A DNA stretch of 64,000 nt from Candidatus Dormiibacterota bacterium (GTDB lineage Bacteria; Chloroflexota; Dormibacteria; CF-121), in NCBI GenBank assembly GCA_035936995.1, contig DASYVR010000025.1:7920-71919 (forward strand), read 5' to 3'. Positions 60,238 through 64,000 of the stretch are shown piece after piece. Position 1 is the first letter of the stretch, and every line of letters begins with the position of its first letter. The position numbers were made by a program, and so were the translations under genes. The notes beneath the pieces are model-generated. The model worked only from the letters and a program-made list of their open reading frames with translations. It did no database searches and had not been told where the DNA came from.

Positions 60238-60849
60238 GTGGTGTGTCGACCCAACGTTCGCCCTAGCATGGGTAGCGCCTTGCAATCAAGCCAAAGAGAT
60301 CCAGAGATGCGAGTGATCCGGTCTGATGCCCAACCCGCGGCGGTCCGTCAGAGGCTCCTGCTCGCCGGGCTGGTCGCCCTCGCCAGTGCTGCTCTGGCGG
60401 CGGTGGCTGCGCTGGGCATTGTACTCACGCTGCATTTCGTGGCACCTGATCTGATCGGGGACTTACCAGCTGGGGTCGGCCTGCTCCTATCCGCCCTCCT
60501 TCCCCTAACGGCGGGGGTTGTTCTGGCCAACTCGAGGCGCAAGGACTCTTCTACCCAGCGTAGCCGCTTGATGCTCGCACGATCCTTGTTAGCTTCGGCG
60601 ATTATCGCGATCATCGTTGCAGGCTTCATCACAGCATTCGCTGTCGGATTCACCCTGGCTGATAGCCCGCCTTTCGATCGGCGCGGACTCGACTTCACCC
60701 TTGCTGTGACCAGCGGTGGATTCTACGCTGCGCTAGCCACCGATGCCTTGGCCCTCGTGATGACACTTCTGATTCGGGTGCCCCGCTCGGGCACCTCAGC
60801 AGATGACCCAGACCAACAGGCGCGCGGACGCCTGGACGGACTTGGATAA
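60238..60849 (+). CDS. hypothetical 4-TM membrane protein (start possibly Met 60307)
   Basis: Hydrophobic helices. No family recognised. Confidence 0.4.
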   Translation: MVCRPNVRPSMGSALQSSQRDPEMRVIRSDAQPAAVRQRLLLAGLVALASAALAAVAALGIVLTLHFVAPDLIGDLPAGVGLLLSALLPLTAGVVLANSRRKDSSTQRSRLMLARSLLASAIIAIIVAGFITAFAVGFTLADSPPFDRRGLDFTLAVTSGGFYAALATDALALVMTLLIRVPRSGTSADDPDQQARGRLDGLG

Positions 60850-61855
60850 ACAGGGCGCGGGGCCACGGGCCCAAAAGATTTCGGGCGGGCAGCTTCTCAT
60901 TGCCGCCTTGCTGGGGGTGTCGGCCCTCGTGAGCTTGGCCTACGCTGGGGTGTCGATCGACATCGCCGCCACCCTCGCGTATGAGAAGCCGAAACAGGTT
61001 CTGACCACGCCAGCCAGCCTGGGACTCGATTACCGCGACGTATCGTTCCCCGCCCGCGAGGACCATGTCCTGATCCGCGGCTGGTTCATTCCAGGCGTGC
61101 TGTCCACTGGCAAACTAACGGCCGATCGAGCCGTGATCGTGGTTCACGGACGTGCCAAGAATCGAGCCGATCCGCAAGACGGCATCCTCGAGCTCAGCGG
61201 GACGTTCGCTCGCCGAGGTTTTGCGGTGCTCGCCTTCGACATGCGGGGAATGGGCGAATCGCCACCCGCTCCGGACTCGCTCGGATTCTTTGAGCAGCGG
61301 GACGTCCTGGGAGCGGTCGATTTCCTCCGTTCCGGACCGCCGCCGTATCCGCCGCTGAGTCGGCCGCGCATCGTTGGTGGCTGGGGCGTCTCGATGGGGG
61401 CGACTTCGCTCATTCTCGCGGCCGCCCGAGAACCGGCTGTCCGGGCGGTGGTGGCTGACAGTACCCCTGCCGACGTGCTCCCGCTGCTCGAGCGGGAGAT
61501 CCCTCGCCAAGGCCATGTCCCGCCTGCGTTCACCCCCGGTGCCTTGCTGATGGCGCATCTCCTGTATGGGATCGACTACGCGGCGGTGCGACCAGTGGAC
61601 GCTGTCGGTCGTCTCGCGCCACGTCCCCTGTTCCTGATCGACGGCACGGCTGATACATATACGGGCCGATCGAGCCTGGCATTGCTCACCACTTCCGCCA
61701 GGCGCGGATCCGGCGCCGAGGTCACCTCCTGGTTGGTTCCGAAGGCGACTCATGCTCAGGACTTTCGGACTGCTCCGGTTGAGTACGTTCGCCGAGTGAT
61801 GGGTTTCTTCGAGACGGCGCTCGGTCCCGATCTGAGCCCGGGCGCGGGGCCATGA
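60803..61855 (+). CDS. membrane-anchored alpha/beta hydrolase
   Basis: N-terminal TM segment, HGRAKNR, FDMRGMGES, nucleophile elbow GVSMGA and a C-terminal His context. Confidence 0.75.
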   Translation: MTQTNRRADAWTDLDKQGAGPRAQKISGGQLLIAALLGVSALVSLAYAGVSIDIAATLAYEKPKQVLTTPASLGLDYRDVSFPAREDHVLIRGWFIPGVLSTGKLTADRAVIVVHGRAKNRADPQDGILELSGTFARRGFAVLAFDMRGMGESPPAPDSLGFFEQRDVLGAVDFLRSGPPPYPPLSRPRIVGGWGVSMGATSLILAAAREPAVRAVVADSTPADVLPLLEREIPRQGHVPPAFTPGALLMAHLLYGIDYAAVRPVDAVGRLAPRPLFLIDGTADTYTGRSSLALLTTSARRGSGAEVTSWLVPKATHAQDFRTAPVEYVRRVMGFFETALGPDLSPGAGP

Positions 61856-62148
61856 CCGTGCCGAAAGGGCTTCGACCTATCGCGCTGCTCGCGGTTGCCC
61901 TCCTCGCCACGGCCGCCCTGACGACGGTTGCGCGCGTCCTAGTCGAGAGTCAGGGCTTCTTTGTCGAGCGGAGCGCAACGCTCGTTGTTCTGGGGTTGGG
62001 GCTGGCTGTGGCGACGCTGCTCTACGCGCGCGCTTGCACCCGGGCGCTGCGCGATCGGGCCAACTCGTGGCCGTTGGTGATTACTGCGCTGATCGTTGCG
62101 GCTCCTGTGATTTTGGCCATCCTGCTGCCCCAGAACCCAGCCCCCTAA
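61852..62148 (+). CDS. small 3-TM hypothetical membrane protein
   Basis: ATGA overlap with the hydrolase gene. Hydrophobic. Confidence 0.45.
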   Translation: MTVPKGLRPIALLAVALLATAALTTVARVLVESQGFFVERSATLVVLGLGLAVATLLYARACTRALRDRANSWPLVITALIVAAPVILAILLPQNPAP

Positions 62149-62151
62149 CAC

Positions 62152-62619
62152 CTACGGGCAAAGCTTCACGATCGGGATTTGTCTGTTGGTCGAGCGCTGG
62201 TACTTCTCGTACGCCGCGGAGAGCGAGAGGAAGCGTGGCCATAAGCGCTCGCGTTCGTCCGGCGTGGTTATCGTGGCGAGCACAGGCATTTCTCGGCCCG
62301 CAACAGCGATCGTGGCCTGCGGACTTGCCTGGATGTTTGTGAGCCACGCCGGATCCTGGTCGTGACCGCCGAAGGAGGCTGCGACGAGGTTACAGTCAGC
62401 CTCCCGCAGGTACATGAGCGGCTGAGTCCGCTGCTGGCCGCTTCGGCGGCCAATTGTGCTCAACAGGAGAATCGGATGATCGAGGAGATCGGTCCCGAGG
62501 CGGCCGCCGGTGCTAACGATGGCGAAGCAGTGGATGGCTCCAGCAGCCCGAATCAATCTTCTCGGCGGTCGCGGGCCTGTTGCCGCATAGATCCGCTCGA
62601 GCCATCGGTTGACGCTCAT
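62152..62619 (-). CDS. deazaflavin(F420)-dependent nitroreductase family protein (DDN type), paralogue 3
   Basis: ILLLSTIGRRSGQQRTQPLMY ... DPAWLTNIQASP ... RQIPIVKL. Track ORF trimmed to Met 62619. Confidence 0.75.
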   Translation of the reverse strand: MSVNRWLERIYAATGPRPPRRLIRAAGAIHCFAIVSTGGRLGTDLLDHPILLLSTIGRRSGQQRTQPLMYLREADCNLVAASFGGHDQDPAWLTNIQASPQATIAVAGREMPVLATITTPDERERLWPRFLSLSAAYEKYQRSTNRQIPIVKLCP

Positions 62620-62818
62620 ACGACTGATGAGTAAGTATACCGGAAGCTTGTTCGGAAACGAGATTCTTGAATCCGAACCAATCGCGGTTGGGGCCACCAT
62701 GTCACGGCTCCCTTGGCATTCGACGACGACGCCTCGGCCGAGAGACCTGCCGAGCTTCTCGAGCGGTCGGTGACCGCTCCGAGCCAAGCGAGGGGTGGAT
62801 ACTCGCCTCCTTGGGTCT

Positions 62819-63616
62819 TCACTGCGTAACATCCCACCAGAGGGTCGTCAGGGCACGCGGCTCCGGCGACAAACGCCACAGTCCATCGCGCTCCGCCGCG
62901 TGCTGAAGAACAATGGCACGTACCTCATCCTCCCGAGCGCGATCGAGGCACACCGTTCGCCGCATCCAGGAAACCAGCTCCTCCAGGTTCCGAAAGCCGC
63001 CACGCTGCTCCGATTCCCACAGTTCGACGTCCGGCTGGATGCCGGCCTCGCGTATGACCGCGAGCGCATCCTCCCAGGCTGGCCCTTCCGGCCGCTCGAG
63101 GTTCCAGAAATGCCGCCACAGCACTCGCTCCAACGGTCGATTCCGTGGATGGGAGCGCGTGATCTCGATCACCACCCGCCGCGTCGCCGCGGCATTGAGT
63201 GCCCTGATGAACGGCATGAGGTCGGCGACGTTGTACAAGACATGGCCGCAGACGACCGCGCTTGCCCGTCCCGCCTGAGGCGCGACGTCGGGCCAGCGAC
63301 CAAGGATGGTGATGTCGGCCGGACTGTTTTCGAGCATGGCGGGCGCACTGTCGACGGCGATCAGCCGCTGCGCCGGAGGACGCAGCGGCAGCGACATGGC
63401 GCAACGGCCGGCACCCACGTCGAGAACCGTGCCTCCCGCCGCCAGTGGCTCGAGGGCACGACGATGCGACGGGGAGATGTCGGGCTGCCGGCTTTCGAAC
63501 AGCGCCACCGGAAGAGCCCAGGGATCCTCGCGGGCCTGGGCGAGGATCCAATCCGGGATCGCCCACGACGCCAGCGCGTCCTTCCAGCGCGTCGCCGCGT
63601 CGGGCGCCTGGCTCAT
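62819..63616 (-). CDS. class I SAM-dependent methyltransferase
   Basis: Motif I VLDVGAGRC, followed by a post-I acidic residue (IAVDSAP). Confidence 0.8.
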   Translation of the reverse strand: MSQAPDAATRWKDALASWAIPDWILAQAREDPWALPVALFESRQPDISPSHRRALEPLAAGGTVLDVGAGRCAMSLPLRPPAQRLIAVDSAPAMLENSPADITILGRWPDVAPQAGRASAVVCGHVLYNVADLMPFIRALNAAATRRVVIEITRSHPRNRPLERVLWRHFWNLERPEGPAWEDALAVIREAGIQPDVELWESEQRGGFRNLEELVSWMRRTVCLDRAREDEVRAIVLQHAAERDGLWRLSPEPRALTTLWWDVTQ

Positions 63617-63617
63617 C

Positions 63618-64000
63618 TCAGGGTTGGCGGCGGGCGCCGGCTGCTGGCTGGTGCGTGATGTCGGGCAGCCGCTCGAACACGTAGTAGACGGCGAGGGCCG
63701 CGCAGACGAAGACGACCGCGATCGGGCTGAGCTGGCCGAGCGGCACGCAGGCCAGGTAGACCACCGAACCGACGGAGAAGCGGGGCCAGGCTCGCAGCGC
63801 CGCCCGGCGGTCGACGTCCGGCGTCAGTAGGTTGGGGTGCAGCAGCGCGTAGGACCAGACCGCGCCAAAAAAGATCGCGATCACGAACGCGTTGATCGCG
63901 TAAAGGCTGGCGGCCGTATTGGCATCACGGGGCACCAGGATATTGGCGCCGAGCTCGGCGGTCGAGAAGGGGATGAAGACGATCGCCATCAGCAGCAGCA
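63618..64000 (-). CDS. DUF1211/TMEM175-like membrane protein, C-terminal part; 5' end lies outside the window
   Basis: The frame stays open to the window edge (upstream of the listed Met it reads LLLL). Three TM helices. Confidence 0.5.
   Translation of the reverse strand, partial: LLLMAIVFIPFSTAELGANILVPRDANTAASLYAINAFVIAIFFGAVWSYALLHPNLLTPDVDRRAALRAWPRFSVGSVVYLACVPLGQLSPIAVVFVCAALAVYYVFERLPDITHQPAAGARRQP

Noticed and set aside
1-64000. tRNA, rRNA, tmRNA, RNase P, SRP RNA, riboswitches, IS elements, integrases, prophage or restriction/defence genes
   Set aside because: I found none by eye in the few non-coding gaps or among the ORF translations. This is a visual negative only. tRNAscan, Infernal and defence-system HMM scans would be needed to exclude them.

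Overview
High-GC bacterial chromosomal segment. My hand counts of single 60-nt lines give about 70% G+C in the bulk and about 50-57% in parts of the 52.8-62.2 kb stretch. It is densely coding, with about 77 CDS called. I recognised no rRNA, tRNA, CRISPR array, transposase or integrase. Many ORFs in the supplied track are GC-rich off-frame or antisense artefacts, or 5'-over-extended versions of real genes, so I re-set starts where an SD sequence, a 4-nt stop/start overlap or the family N-terminus made this clear. Gene content from left to right: (1) a glycerol operon (G3P dehydrogenase-like pair, GntR regulator, glpK); (2) VOC and F420-type DDN enzymes; (3) a membrane cupredoxin translationally coupled to a HisKA_3 kinase; (4) threonine dehydratase; (5) a secreted C39-like peptidase and an S1C protease; (6) a PaaK-like ligase, a RutB-like hydrolase and an aldehyde dehydrogenase; (7) marR-pobA divergent from an 11-gene operon with no intergenic gaps (ABC importer, pcaHGBC, acyl-CoA ligase, pcaD); (8) vapBC; (9) a DinB/VOC/maleylacetate-reductase cluster; (10) an MFS transporter, trxC, cydAB, cvpA and a YcaQ-like glycosylase; (11) an LtrA remnant; (12) PhzF/RidA and a TetR-MFS(DHA2) pair; (13) pfkB divergent from gpr; (14) DPP-IV-like S9 peptidase, HAD hydrolase and a Moco oxidoreductase; (15) drrAB-merR; (16) a lower-GC block holding a REC-HK-NarL operon and a lipid-activation module (CDP-alcohol phosphatidyltransferase, CarS-like protein, polyprenol/phytol-kinase-like protein); (17) an alpha/beta hydrolase, a third DDN paralogue, a SAM methyltransferase and a partial DUF1211-like gene. 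The most unusual signal is a dispersed family of 30-60 nt G/C-rich hairpin repeats at 12 loci. All 10 type-A copies point the same way on the chromosome. Eight loci lie inside ORFs without breaking the frame, and the embedded type-A copies always use the same codon phase. Two copies appear to supply the Shine-Dalgarno sequence of the next gene. Second in interest is the bacterial CarS-like lipid module. The F420-type DDN enzymes, DinB/mycothiol-type fold and Tat lipoproteins suggest Actinomycetota or Chloroflexota-like organisms, but I cannot resolve this from the sequence alone.
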